From positions 1 to 64,000 of IMG/VR virus record IMGVR_UViG_3300032053_000016: a stretch of DNA of 64,000 nucleotides; one strand, given 5' to 3'. The position numbers and the translations under genes are program-made. The notes under the pieces are model-generated. The model ran no database searches. It was not told where the DNA came from and was given only the letters and a program-made list of their open reading frames with translations. Positions 28,547-38,834 of the stretch are shown piece after piece; the stretch's first letter is position 1, and each line of letters begins with the position of its first letter. The stretch is from a virus.

Positions 28547-29605
28547 TCAAATGATGATGTAGCCAAGCATGCCCATTTGGTACAAGGTGGGTTGCGTAGC
28601 ATCCCCGTACCACACCATATTTGCAACACCGCCACCACATTCAAGCCATGTGATCCGATGGTACCCAGCGCTAGGTCGACCCCTGTATTCTGACGAGATC
28701 ACACCGTTCAACGTGTCCACATTTTGACCGAAAATGTCGGCGCTGTTGACGGTGGTGCTATCGATCCCGATGCCTGTTCCGGCGTACGCTGCTCCACCGC
28801 TACATCCACCGATCGATTGCGCTCGAACTGACAAGAGTGTCGAATCGCCCGCGACGTACTCAAATGAGTTGTAGATGTTGTTGTTAGAGGGTCGAAACGC
28901 GACTGTGTTGTACGTCCAGTTGTTAGCCGACTCGGTCACCTTCAAGCTTTTTTCGACGCGATTGTACTGGTTCCAGACGAACCGTTGTGACTGTCGGTCT
29001 GCCACGGCTGTCGTGCTCACCGTGCGAACTGTCCCAGCGTAACGCCTTTTTAGATCGTCGGATTTAACAAGGATCCCGTCTTGCGTCCCCAAAGTCGTCG
29101 CACGCGCTGTGTTAGACGTCCAGGCGACAAGCTCAAGGTTGAGCGCAAGCGAAGCGGTGTTCTCGAACACAAACACGTCGTAGTTTTTGTTTGCCGTCAA
29201 CCCTGTCAAGGTGAACGCCACCGATCCCGTGGACTTCACCTGCCATGTTGCTCCATCGTATAGGCTAAAAAAATTCGATGTATGACTGGTCAACCACAAA
29301 GTGGATCCTGACGGAATGTCGGCGGTTGGCACGGCTACACTTTGCGACAGACTCAAGCGATGTCCAAAGATGCACGAGTTGACAGACACTGCAAGGTTAG
29401 GGAATTTCGCTACGCCTGTCACATCCAGCGTGCCTATGACGTTGCTGACGCCATTGATCGTGCTTACACCGAAGACGCGAAGGTCAGCGTTGATCTGCGA
29501 TGAGCCTATGTCGGTGTCAGACGGGTGAACGATGCGCTTAATCTCGCCTGTGCGTCCGTCGGTCACAAGGTGTTGCGGCTTCTTCTTGTAATCTCTTCGA
29601 TCCAT
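28547..29605 (-). CDS. Putative tail fibre/virion protein
   Basis: Start reassigned to the TGATG overlap at 29605; beta-rich Ser/Thr/Gly composition; in the tail operon. Confidence 0.6.
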   Translation of the reverse strand: MDRRDYKKKPQHLVTDGRTGEIKRIVHPSDTDIGSSQINADLRVFGVSTINGVSNVIGTLDVTGVAKFPNLAVSVNSCIFGHRLSLSQSVAVPTADIPSGSTLWLTSHTSNFFSLYDGATWQVKSTGSVAFTLTGLTANKNYDVFVFENTASLALNLELVAWTSNTARATTLGTQDGILVKSDDLKRRYAGTVRTVSTTAVADRQSQRFVWNQYNRVEKSLKVTESANNWTYNTVAFRPSNNNIYNSFEYVAGDSTLLSVRAQSIGGCSGGAAYAGTGIGIDSTTVNSADIFGQNVDTLNGVISSEYRGRPSAGYHRITWLECGGGVANMVWYGDATQPTLYQMGMLGYIII

Positions 29606-32600
29606 CAGAGCGTGACCGTCGTGATGTTGACGTTGTTGTAGTCGATCGCAGCGCGGTTCCTTGCGATGCCGTCGGTGTACGGCATGGAGCTCGTCGCTTC
29701 GTAAGAAAGGTTGCTTGACAACGTGCGAGCTGGATCGGTTTTGTTGCCAACGCGATCGTAGAAGCTCACTTGCAGCGGTCCATCCTTTACGCCAACGAGC
29801 GTGGTTTGATCCTCGTTGTAGAATTTCGTGAACAGTCGCTGCTCCAACATGTCCCTGAAGTGACCAAAGTGGTTCCGCTGGAACACACATGTTGTCTTCG
29901 TGGGGAACCCGTTCAACAGACCGTAGCGCCAACCTCGAATGTCGGCCCCAGCCTGCGTGAAGATCGCAGCCGACGTATCAGACTGTCGATACGTGACGCT
30001 TTGGTTGCGAGTACGAGAATGACCATCTCCGATCCCAAAAAATGCCTTGATGAACTCTGGCATCCCCAAACCGTTGAAGAGGTCTTCACATGCAACATTA
30101 TCGGATGAACCACCGTCGCCGTAATTGATGTTGATGGTTATTCTCCCATAATTGACGAATTCAGCGCTAACAGCTTGACTCGCCATGTGCTGATAACGGA
30201 AAATGCTCCCGACCAATTTGTTGGAGAACAGGTAAGATAGGTTTGAAAATTTTCCTTCGTATGGGTAAGACATCTGCCAATCGATCCCATACCCGCCGTT
30301 GGTTACAGGACCACCCAAGTCAACCATATACAAGTAACTCAAATCGAAGTTGTCAAGCACGATGTTCGGGTTCAGAAACTTGATAAGTTCACCCGGATCA
30401 GGAACACGCGTGTCCCAGTAAACCTCGCTTGTGGTTGTGTGCACAGCACCACGTGAATTCTTGGCAAATTCACTTATTCGCTTGTTGTTAGACCACCTGT
30501 ACTGGGATGATACAACCTGCGGAGCGATGTGTGTGAAGTTGCTGTAGTACTGCGTTGTTTCAAGCGACGTCGTGAGCTTCAGATCTTTCCCGTAATCGCG
30601 GTAGTTTAGAACATTTTGGATGTTGAAACGATCCATGTAGCTGCCAGACAGCTCGCTCGCGTACATGACGTCGAACTGATCCAACACGGGTTCTTCGCCG
30701 ATCGTCTCCCACAGCTCCTCGGTCTCAAGCCGCTGGTTGAGCGTGTCGTGGAACTCGTGATCCTCCCTCACGAGGTCACCGTACAACGTGATCGTCATGG
30801 ATCCACCAAGGATCTTGGCGTCGTGTTCCGCACGAACCAGGATGTCGTCTGGTTGTGTGCTTGCGTTCAAGCTCATGCTGCTAGCAACCGCGCGATGCTT
30901 GTTCACACACAGGACGAGCTTATCCTTTGGGAACAAAAGGTAGGGCGACTGTTTCGTGTTGGAGATCAGGTCCCAGTAGACCTTTCCTGTCTCCGTCTTG
31001 TTTGTGTCCTTCTTCCTTCCTGTCAAGCTCTCAAAATCTGATTCGTAGGACTTGACAGGGACGACGTTTCCATCGATCTTCGTGAAAGGGAGAAGCGCCA
31101 AGTTGTTACCCAACACGCTTCTGCCTGAATCGAACACGCCGGGACGTCTTGATGGACTTCCGAACGTCATCAAGCTAGCCATGTTGGTTCGTGAAGACTG
31201 TGGCCCGGTGTCTGTTGTTGGACCTCCACCGCCGCCGCCGCCGAATATCTCCTGCCCTGTTCCAAATGAGCTTGTGAGAATAGAGGTGCCGTAGAATCCG
31301 ACCTCACATGTTCCTGAGACACGCACACGTGTGATGTGTTGCGTCACCGCCGGCGTCATGGCTAACTTGACAGTGCCAGTGAAGTAGTTCGTGGATCCAG
31401 ACATGACTGGACCCATGCACACGAACGTGGGATCAACGGTGCCGCTAAGGCCTGTTCGCGTGTAGAGTAGCAGGTGATTCACCTGCCCTCCATTTGCGAT
31501 GTTGTTGAGAGAGTGTGACGACAGGTGGTAGGAGGCCGTGAGGGCTTCGAAAGCGTTGGTGAACGTTGCCGACGCGATGAGGTCACGGTGACGGCGATGC
31601 GCACCGTCTTGCCTCATCAGGCCTACTGTGATCATTGGTCCGCCGCCGTCGATCCTCTTATCAGCTATGGCAGTTCCGGCACCATTTTGCTTAACGTAAC
31701 TCCTCATCACGTAGCTGTCGTTCATCCACCCTGGACCAGCCGCGAACGGGAACTCAACGACGACCTTCTCAAGCAAGAAAGGCGCCGACAGGTACGCGCT
31801 TAGATCGATCGATTGATTCGCACTAGCCGTGTGGCCTGTGTAGATCAAGGATCCAGTCTTGAGTGACGTTCTAATTGGAGAAGCCACACCAAACGCTGAC
31901 ACATCGAACACATTTGAACCATCGGGAACGAAATTGTTGATCGCAGGCAAAGCAACTGACGGTGTTGCCAAACTGCGATTGGTTGAATTGGTGGGTGTGT
32001 ACGAATTTGGGCAGTTGAGGTAACCAAACGGGCCAAACAGGATCGGATCGAACATCTCCAGCATGGTTGGCGCGTTGCCACCCTTGCCGTACCCGTTGAA
32101 CGTGTTGTAACGCTGCGAGGCTATGAACTCGAACTGCCCGCTCGTCGGGTTGAGGTAGTACATCGACGACGAGTTGGGCGACAGCACCGACTCCTGCGTC
32201 AACGGGACGGTGATGCGGATGATGGTCTTGCCAGCCAACCCCGACGAGAAGCGATCAGACGCGATCGCGTACGCGGCCCCCGTCATGAACTTCGAGTTGA
32301 GAACAGGACGTTCATCCTGCTCGTACAGCTTGTCCTCAACGAACGGGCCTAACGTCTCAACCTGCTCACGATGCGTCAGCCACTGATCGACGTTCTCTGG
32401 CCGCGTGTTGCCGATCACGACGAAGCTACTGGTGAGGTCGTAGGCGGTGTGGATCGACCCCGTGGGCAAGGTCGTCGGCAGGCTCATGTTCACGTTGTCT
32501 TGAAAGATCACGGTTCGCGTGTCGTCGAAGTAGTACTTGTTGCGTCCTGTACGCGTCCTGTCGCCTGTTCGCGCCTTCGTCGGGTAGGCGCCCGACCTCT

Positions 32601-32667
32601 GATCGCGCGCGCGCAGCTCCACCCTCGGCGGCGTGAATCGCATCGACGACGTGAAGGGAGCGAACAT
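29605..32667 (-). CDS. Large virion structural protein (baseplate/tail associated)
   Basis: 1020 aa in tail operon; PFLLEK...and FGHFRDMLEQR segments. Confidence 0.6.
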   Translation of the reverse strand: MFAPFTSSMRFTPPRVELRARDQRSGAYPTKARTGDRTRTGRNKYYFDDTRTVIFQDNVNMSLPTTLPTGSIHTAYDLTSSFVVIGNTRPENVDQWLTHREQVETLGPFVEDKLYEQDERPVLNSKFMTGAAYAIASDRFSSGLAGKTIIRITVPLTQESVLSPNSSSMYYLNPTSGQFEFIASQRYNTFNGYGKGGNAPTMLEMFDPILFGPFGYLNCPNSYTPTNSTNRSLATPSVALPAINNFVPDGSNVFDVSAFGVASPIRTSLKTGSLIYTGHTASANQSIDLSAYLSAPFLLEKVVVEFPFAAGPGWMNDSYVMRSYVKQNGAGTAIADKRIDGGGPMITVGLMRQDGAHRRHRDLIASATFTNAFEALTASYHLSSHSLNNIANGGQVNHLLLYTRTGLSGTVDPTFVCMGPVMSGSTNYFTGTVKLAMTPAVTQHITRVRVSGTCEVGFYGTSILTSSFGTGQEIFGGGGGGGPTTDTGPQSSRTNMASLMTFGSPSRRPGVFDSGRSVLGNNLALLPFTKIDGNVVPVKSYESDFESLTGRKKDTNKTETGKVYWDLISNTKQSPYLLFPKDKLVLCVNKHRAVASSMSLNASTQPDDILVRAEHDAKILGGSMTITLYGDLVREDHEFHDTLNQRLETEELWETIGEEPVLDQFDVMYASELSGSYMDRFNIQNVLNYRDYGKDLKLTTSLETTQYYSNFTHIAPQVVSSQYRWSNNKRISEFAKNSRGAVHTTTSEVYWDTRVPDPGELIKFLNPNIVLDNFDLSYLYMVDLGGPVTNGGYGIDWQMSYPYEGKFSNLSYLFSNKLVGSIFRYQHMASQAVSAEFVNYGRITININYGDGGSSDNVACEDLFNGLGMPEFIKAFFGIGDGHSRTRNQSVTYRQSDTSAAIFTQAGADIRGWRYGLLNGFPTKTTCVFQRNHFGHFRDMLEQRLFTKFYNEDQTTLVGVKDGPLQVSFYDRVGNKTDPARTLSSNLSYEATSSMPYTDGIARNRAAIDYNNVNITTVTL

Positions 32668-33131
32668 CAGTAGTCGAACCCCGAGGAGCCAAGCTGCGAG
32701 TAGCCGATCGGCACCATGTTCTCCGTCCCCGGGGTCATGCCTGTCAACGCGGTGATCATGTCACTCTCCATGCTAGAAGACGTCATGACGCCTTTGGGGG
32801 CGTAACCCTCAACGAACGGGCCTTGACGTCGATCGTCGTCGCTGATGCTGTCGACCACAACCTTGACGTCCCCGAAGTGATCGGAGTTGTCGCGCATGGG
32901 GAAGCCACCAACACGCTTGTCGGAGTCCTTCACGATCTGCACGAACACGTCTGACCCGCGGCGTTCGGCAACGTTCCCCTCGCCTAACGCCGCCCACAGC
33001 TTGTGAATGATGTCTTTTGGGTGAACGCGCTTTGTCGCCAGATCGCGAACAGCGAGTGGTTCGACGGATCCATCTCTAGACGCCCCATCCTCAAGCAGCT
33101 CAGCGTTGATTTCTTCGATAGGTTGTCGCAT
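32667..33131 (-). CDS. Virion-associated hypothetical protein
   Basis: Coupled to the 1020 aa gene. Confidence 0.55.
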   Translation of the reverse strand: MRQPIEEINAELLEDGASRDGSVEPLAVRDLATKRVHPKDIIHKLWAALGEGNVAERRGSDVFVQIVKDSDKRVGGFPMRDNSDHFGDVKVVVDSISDDDRRQGPFVEGYAPKGVMTSSSMESDMITALTGMTPGTENMVPIGYSQLGSSGFDY

Positions 33132-33199
33132 CGTGTCTTGACTCTACACTAAGAACAAATCAAGTGCGATTTCGACCAGATCATGGATTCGACTAAATG

Positions 33200-33478
33200 T
33201 TACGGCACTGGGCCGTAGTACGAATCTCGGTAGCGGCGCAGCGTGCGAACGTCGCGTAGAGAGATCGGACGGTCGAACGCGAAGACCTCCGCGAGCCGGC
33301 GCACGGCGTACGCGGCAGTGCCACCGTAGGTGCCGATGGCGACGGCCGCGCCGCCAAGCGTGTTCGCACCGCCGACCGCCGTGAGGTCTCTTCCGCCGCT
33401 CGTGTCGTCGATGTCGGGCGTGATCGACGAGACGATGGGGCCGGTCGGAGCCTTCCTGAATCCGAGGAGGAAACTCAT
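33200..33478 (-). pseudogene. Internally deleted TIG-LamG gene remnant
   Basis: TIG start (PIVSSITPD.DDTSGG) joined directly to a LamG end (LAEVFAFDRPIS...LRRY). Confidence 0.5.
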
Positions 33479-34707
33479 GGGTGTCTCGCTGCCGCCCACT
33501 TGTAGAACTTGGCAACGTCCACGTCGGACCAGTTCGACGCGACGGTCACCACAGACAGCATCTTGCCGTCAAACTTGTACAACCCCCCGGCGTATGGGTT
33601 CTGCCCGAGGTAGACGCCTCCGCCGGCGACCGTGAGGTCTCCACGCGCAACGGAAGAACCCTGCACGCCATTTACTTGCATGTACGCAAGGGAGTTGGCT
33701 CCGTTTGGAATTTTGCGACCCACCAACACGTTGCGTCCAATGGCCACCTTTTGAGGCGATACGGCGCTGGCGAAGGAGCCGTCGTAGAACGACATATACG
33801 CTGTTCCGATGTCGTCGATGAGCACTCCCGTGTAAGCACCCGTGCCGTTCCAGTCAGACCAGAGGTAGGAGTAGTTGCCTGCCGTCGGTAGTGACGTGAG
33901 GTCAATCACTAGCGCGAAAGTACACCCGGCCGTGTGGGACGTTGAGCCGATGAACGTGACTGTCTGCGTGGAGGTGGACAAGAAGTCGTTGTTGACCTTC
34001 TTGAAATCGGGCGTTCCTGTCGGGTTGTTGTCCGGGTAGTTCGTGGCCTCCGTGAAGGTGGGGCCGACCCTGGCCGTCCAGGTGCCGGGAGCGTAGTCAG
34101 GAGACTCAAGGAAACTCGTCGCGGACGCAGGAACGGTCGGATCCCAATACTCAAAGAGCGTGTTCGCCGCGTTGGTTCCGCCGGGCGTCGTCACAAGGAT
34201 GGACTGCGATGCACCCGCGGCGTGTGCCGGCATGACGATGAGCAGCTCGGTCGCGCTGATGACTGAGAATGAGACGACAGCCGTACCGTCGACCGTCACG
34301 CTCGTGGTGCCTGTGAAGTTCGTGCCGGTGAGCGTGCGCAGCTCGCCGCCTTGTGTGTCCCCGAGATCAAGGTCGATCGCCGACACTGTGGGTGCGCTGA
34401 CCTCAAAAAGTCCATCCTCGAAACGTGTGAGTGGATCAAGTCTGATCCCCTCAAGAAAGGAGTTCTCATCGCGGTGTGACGGGCGATCTTGCCCAAGCAC
34501 GAACTGCGGCACCTCATGGTTGCCTGATTGCCCGTTGTAACCGCTGTGGATCTTGACGATCCCGTTGGCGTAATGGACTGTTCTGGTGAGCTCCACACCC
34601 TGACGGAACGCGTCGACCGGCGACGTGTCTGTGCTTGAGTTTGTGGAAGATCTGCGCCGATCTTTCTCCTGCGAATCGTCAAACGGTTTGATAGATCGCG
34701 CCATCAA
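33475..34707 (-). CDS. Virion protein with IPT/TIG and LamG-like domains
   Basis: PTVSAI...GDTQGG..RTLTGTNFTG...VTTPGGT...FEYWDP; FDGK...V. Confidence 0.7.
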   Translation of the reverse strand: MMARSIKPFDDSQEKDRRRSSTNSSTDTSPVDAFRQGVELTRTVHYANGIVKIHSGYNGQSGNHEVPQFVLGQDRPSHRDENSFLEGIRLDPLTRFEDGLFEVSAPTVSAIDLDLGDTQGGELRTLTGTNFTGTTSVTVDGTAVVSFSVISATELLIVMPAHAAGASQSILVTTPGGTNAANTLFEYWDPTVPASATSFLESPDYAPGTWTARVGPTFTEATNYPDNNPTGTPDFKKVNNDFLSTSTQTVTFIGSTSHTAGCTFALVIDLTSLPTAGNYSYLWSDWNGTGAYTGVLIDDIGTAYMSFYDGSFASAVSPQKVAIGRNVLVGRKIPNGANSLAYMQVNGVQGSSVARGDLTVAGGGVYLGQNPYAGGLYKFDGKMLSVVTVASNWSDVDVAKFYKWAAARHP

Positions 34708-35390
34708 TCATACTTTCTTTGTTTGGCTGCTTCGCTGAGTCGACGCCGATGTTCGTCAGAGAATTTGTGAGTTTTCATCTTCTGAATTGCTGCGTCAGTA
34801 TGTTTACGACCCAAACCCGCTTTGCTGACATTCAGTTTATGTTCTTCAGAAAGCGTTCGACCAGTGAGAGTCTCTCTTATCTGTTGTTTGATTTCTTTGC
34901 CACGTTCTGTTGAGTAGAGTTCGTGTTTAACTTTCGACATGTTGAGACGAACTTGTTCAGAATGGTGTTTTCCAAACATCGAATGTTTTTCACCGGTTCG
35001 CTGTGATGCAATATTTGACAACTTTTGTCGTGTAACGCATGAGAGCACCTTTCCTGTGTGTGCTTCACTCATCTTATGGCGCGCTTCCAAAGTATGAACG
35101 TATCCACTGATCCCTTCACCGCCGGCAGTTTTGTTAGCACCCCAACGATATTGCGTGCTTCTACAAAACGTGCCATGCTCGAGGATCCCAAGGATCTCTT
35201 GCATAAACGCATATGATTCGTCCTTTGTGGCAAAGATAACCTCACGACGGAACCCATATTTGGCAACAATGCGACGCCAATGATCGTTGTCGCGTTCCTG
35301 ATCTTGAACGCGAACCAGTTGGCCTTTGCCGACGTAGAAGGCTCGAGGCATATCTTCAAGTGTCCAATCAATGTAAACGAAGAAAATCAT
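34704..35390 (-). CDS. GIY-YIG-like homing endonuclease with NUMOD3 repeats
   Basis: FVY...FYVGKG...R, NKTAGGEG and repeated H(S/T).E...KMS. Confidence 0.8.
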   Translation of the reverse strand: MIFFVYIDWTLEDMPRAFYVGKGQLVRVQDQERDNDHWRRIVAKYGFRREVIFATKDESYAFMQEILGILEHGTFCRSTQYRWGANKTAGGEGISGYVHTLEARHKMSEAHTGKVLSCVTRQKLSNIASQRTGEKHSMFGKHHSEQVRLNMSKVKHELYSTERGKEIKQQIRETLTGRTLSEEHKLNVSKAGLGRKHTDAAIQKMKTHKFSDEHRRRLSEAAKQRKYD

Positions 35391-38300
35391 CAGAATTTTC
35401 GTAGCACGCCAGCAACTTGCTGCAAAAGGATGCGATCTTGGATGCGCGGCTTGTCAGATTCCCTCAAGTACATGTCGTAGTGGAAGTACTGCTTCTTGTG
35501 ACGTTCCAGCATGTGAGACTCGATGACGAAGTTCGTGCCGTAGTAGACGGTCTTGCGAGGAACAAGGTGCTCGACGAAGTACGCCACGCTCGAGTCGAAC
35601 CAACGGTAGAAGTCGAAGAACGCGCGGAAGTTCATCTTGCCGGTGAGTCGGTTGAAGTACACCTCTTTGAGATGCTCAAGGTTGGGGTAGTTTGACGAGA
35701 AGTCGTTCTCCGGAGCACCGAGCGCTGTATCGAGCTCGTCGAGCGTCGCGAACATCGTGATCATGTCGCGGTTGAGCGCGTCCACCAGCGAGAACTCGAT
35801 GGAGAGCCTAGGGTCGTCCTGCGGCTCCTCGTTCTTGGGGACCTCGTAGACAGGGGTCGACGACGCCCACGGGGTGCGTTTCACCTTCTCAACGTCGTCG
35901 TAGCTGCGAACACGCACCTTCTCGGACGTGACCGCCTCGTCGATGTTTGGCGAGATGTAGCTGTACCCATGCACGACAGGCGTCACCACGCGTGTGGATG
36001 TCGGGAACCCTGTGCCGACGCAGTGAAGCGAGTTCTGCGAGTAGTCGAACAACGAGATGTTGCCAGATCCGTCTGCGTTGACCGTCTGCTGCTGCATCGT
36101 GACGTCGTACCTCAGGCGTTCCCACGCGCCCGTCAGGTGCGAGCTGAAGTTGTAGTTGACGTGTGGGTTCTTCACGCCAGCGGACGTTGGGTTGCGTGCG
36201 TGTTCGCGCCACTCAGCAGGTTCAAGCGCCTTTGACCAGAAGCGGAGGTACGCCACTTGGCCGTCGAAGCGCGTCTCACGCACGTCGTCTGTCGCCAACG
36301 GTTGAAGGTAAGAGGATCCAGCCGTGTCCACCGACGACGATCCGATGCGCACGTAAGCGCCGCTGTAGTTCGTCAGCGTGATGTTCTCCCAAATGCTGAA
36401 CTCGCCGACGACGTACTCCATGAACGTCGTCGATGCCGTGACCTCCTGTATCACGTCGCCGAAGTTCTGCTTGACAGCGTTGATGAAGTACGACGATGAC
36501 ACCGAGTTTGATCCTGTGAGATCGGAGCGAACCCTGCCGAACGAGATGTACCACGGGTCGCCGTCGAAGACGTCAACGCTCGCTGTGAGCGCGAGCAGCG
36601 GAGAGTTGGCGAGCGTCGCGCCGTTGCCGGGCCTAGCGTACAACACGAGCTTCGGGTTGCTGCCAGACACCGCGAGCAGGTTGAGCACCAGGTTCTCGGT
36701 TGCCGTGCCGGTCACGTACATGCGAGCGATGCTCTGCGTGTTTGGCTTGGGTCCTGTTCGCGTGGCAGGCCAACGGTACAAGCCTTCGTGCGTCCACGAT
36801 CCTGAGGTCCAGAGGCCATCGCTAACGCCATTGGACACGCCGTGAGGTGGGTGTGATGCTTGTTGAACGAATGTGCCGCTCACGGTCGGCTGGCCAACCT
36901 CCACACGAGACCCACTGAGGTGTGGAGACACGATCGCGGATCCGCTCGCGAACCCAAGGAACAGCATCGGGCTCATGTGTTTCTCACGGGCAGACGACAG
37001 GTCTCGACGTGTTGGGCCGCCACGCTCCTTGATCTTGAAGGAGTTGTTGGGATCGATGCCGATGGAGCGAAAGAACGTCTCGATGCTGTGTAGTGTGCCT
37101 TTAGATCGGACGATCTCGCCCATGTTGGTGAGCACGCGTCTCATGATCTGGTTCTGCACGCTGTACAGCGATGTTTCGTTGAACGAGTACGAAGCCTCGA
37201 CATCGTCGCCGTCCTTGTACTGCGCGAACGCGCTGTCTGAGAACAGGTTTGGCATCTTGATGCCGAACTCACGCAGAGCGAGCGGCAAGAAAACGTCGGG
37301 TGACGTGTCGAACTCGTCGTAGTCCACGTAGTGCAGCTTCGCGAACGAGTCAACGAACAGCTTCAGCTCGTCGAAATATTTCGCCCACGTGTAGAGCAAC
37401 GCCAGCAGCAACTGCGTTGAACCAAGCACGCCAGATCCTGGGATGGAGTTGCCTTCGTACGATTCGCCAACGGATCCTTCTTCGCTCGTTAACCCTTGGT
37501 AGTCTTGACCGTCTGTGAGGTAATGCTTTGGGACGAGGCGTGTGATGAGGTTGGGGTTGTCCTGATCGTACAAGCTCGCGCTCATAAGCAGGTCAACGTT
37601 GAGCGTCTGGACGTCGGCAAATCCTGGGAAGATCACTGGGTTGAGATCGGCACGTTCGTTCGCGACAGGCGCGGCGATGCTCCCCGTTGAGCGAAGCGCG
37701 AAATCAAACCCCACGATGTACGAATGGAGGCCGTTCCCCGAGCTGTCTAGCACGATCGTGTTTGTGCTTGACGTCACGTCATCGCTCAACGAGCCGGTTG
37801 GTTCGTTGAACTTGTAGTACAAAGCCAGGCCATCTTGCGCAAAGATGTTACGTGAACGATGCTTTGCGATCTGCTCTGCGTGTCGTGCAAGCGTGAACAC
37901 GCGTAGTTCATCAAGAGAACCACTAAGCGTCTTGTCTGGGGTGATCGTCGTCGCTCCAAGTGTGAAATCTGATCCAGATCCGATGAGCAGCGACGCGTTG
38001 TTTGTCAAAACGCTGTCGAAGACGTAACTGTTTGAAGACACGTTCGACAGGTCACCGTTCACAAACAGTTTGAGTGTCGCGGAATCCTCACGATCGTACA
38101 CACCGGCGATGTGAACGAAAGTGCCACGATCCACGCTGGCTGAAGCCACAAGGCAGTGTGAACCCGAGAACATGCTCCAGGCAACCTCGGCGACCGACGC
38201 AGACGAACCGCTCTTGATGTAAGCGCAGAACCCGACGTTTCCAACAACATGCTTCTTTTGAAGGATGACCTGCGAACCAGCCTCTTCCGGCGGCATGTAG

Positions 38301-38803
38301 AGGTAGAACTCAACTGTGTAAGGGCTGTTTTTTGGATCGAGAACGGTGTCACCGCTCTTGTTTTTGGAGAGATCGGGGATCGTGCTGCCTTGGTGATCGG
38401 TCACAGAGAGGTACGATTGCGAGAAGTTCAAGTACCCAACGTTGCGTGGGAACTGATCGATCACCCACTTCTCAAACCCTGTGAGAACGTCGAAGAACTT
38501 CTCTAGCTCCTTCTTTGAGCCGTCGAACGGGTAACCGTTGATGATGCGATCGAACGAGACGTTGACCTTGGCTTGCGCCGAGTTGAAGAAGGTGTGGTTC
38601 TCAAACTTCGACCAATCAACCTTCAGCTGTTGCGTTGATTTGAGCCCAGACTCGTAAGGATCGTAGGCGAACGACGCCGAAGACAGGTAGTTGCTGTCGA
38701 TGTTGTCAGAACCCTTGAACGTGACTGTGCGCGAGGATCCACGCCCAACGTCGGCGAGGTCAGCTACACTGAAACGTGTGGGGGTGTTGGGTCGTCGAAA
38801 CAT
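35390..38803 (-). CDS. Baseplate wedge/tail protein with LamG domain
   Basis: FENHTFF.SA..KVN, LSGSLDELR, LYYKFNE, RSKGT..SI and VIESH.LER; next to baseplate genes. Confidence 0.7.
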   Translation of the reverse strand: MFRRPNTPTRFSVADLADVGRGSSRTVTFKGSDNIDSNYLSSASFAYDPYESGLKSTQQLKVDWSKFENHTFFNSAQAKVNVSFDRIINGYPFDGSKKELEKFFDVLTGFEKWVIDQFPRNVGYLNFSQSYLSVTDHQGSTIPDLSKNKSGDTVLDPKNSPYTVEFYLYMPPEEAGSQVILQKKHVVGNVGFCAYIKSGSSASVAEVAWSMFSGSHCLVASASVDRGTFVHIAGVYDREDSATLKLFVNGDLSNVSSNSYVFDSVLTNNASLLIGSGSDFTLGATTITPDKTLSGSLDELRVFTLARHAEQIAKHRSRNIFAQDGLALYYKFNEPTGSLSDDVTSSTNTIVLDSSGNGLHSYIVGFDFALRSTGSIAAPVANERADLNPVIFPGFADVQTLNVDLLMSASLYDQDNPNLITRLVPKHYLTDGQDYQGLTSEEGSVGESYEGNSIPGSGVLGSTQLLLALLYTWAKYFDELKLFVDSFAKLHYVDYDEFDTSPDVFLPLALREFGIKMPNLFSDSAFAQYKDGDDVEASYSFNETSLYSVQNQIMRRVLTNMGEIVRSKGTLHSIETFFRSIGIDPNNSFKIKERGGPTRRDLSSAREKHMSPMLFLGFASGSAIVSPHLSGSRVEVGQPTVSGTFVQQASHPPHGVSNGVSDGLWTSGSWTHEGLYRWPATRTGPKPNTQSIARMYVTGTATENLVLNLLAVSGSNPKLVLYARPGNGATLANSPLLALTASVDVFDGDPWYISFGRVRSDLTGSNSVSSSYFINAVKQNFGDVIQEVTASTTFMEYVVGEFSIWENITLTNYSGAYVRIGSSSVDTAGSSYLQPLATDDVRETRFDGQVAYLRFWSKALEPAEWREHARNPTSAGVKNPHVNYNFSSHLTGAWERLRYDVTMQQQTVNADGSGNISLFDYSQNSLHCVGTGFPTSTRVVTPVVHGYSYISPNIDEAVTSEKVRVRSYDDVEKVKRTPWASSTPVYEVPKNEEPQDDPRLSIEFSLVDALNRDMITMFATLDELDTALGAPENDFSSNYPNLEHLKEVYFNRLTGKMNFRAFFDFYRWFDSSVAYFVEHLVPRKTVYYGTNFVIESHMLERHKKQYFHYDMYLRESDKPRIQDRILLQQVAGVLRKF

Positions 38804-38834
38804 CTATGTCTCTGGTTAACGTAGGCTCTTTACA

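Noticed and set aside
29606-29932. N-terminal extension of ORF 28547..29932
   Set aside because: It overlaps the 1020 aa gene; a TGATG-coupled start at 29605 is more plausible.
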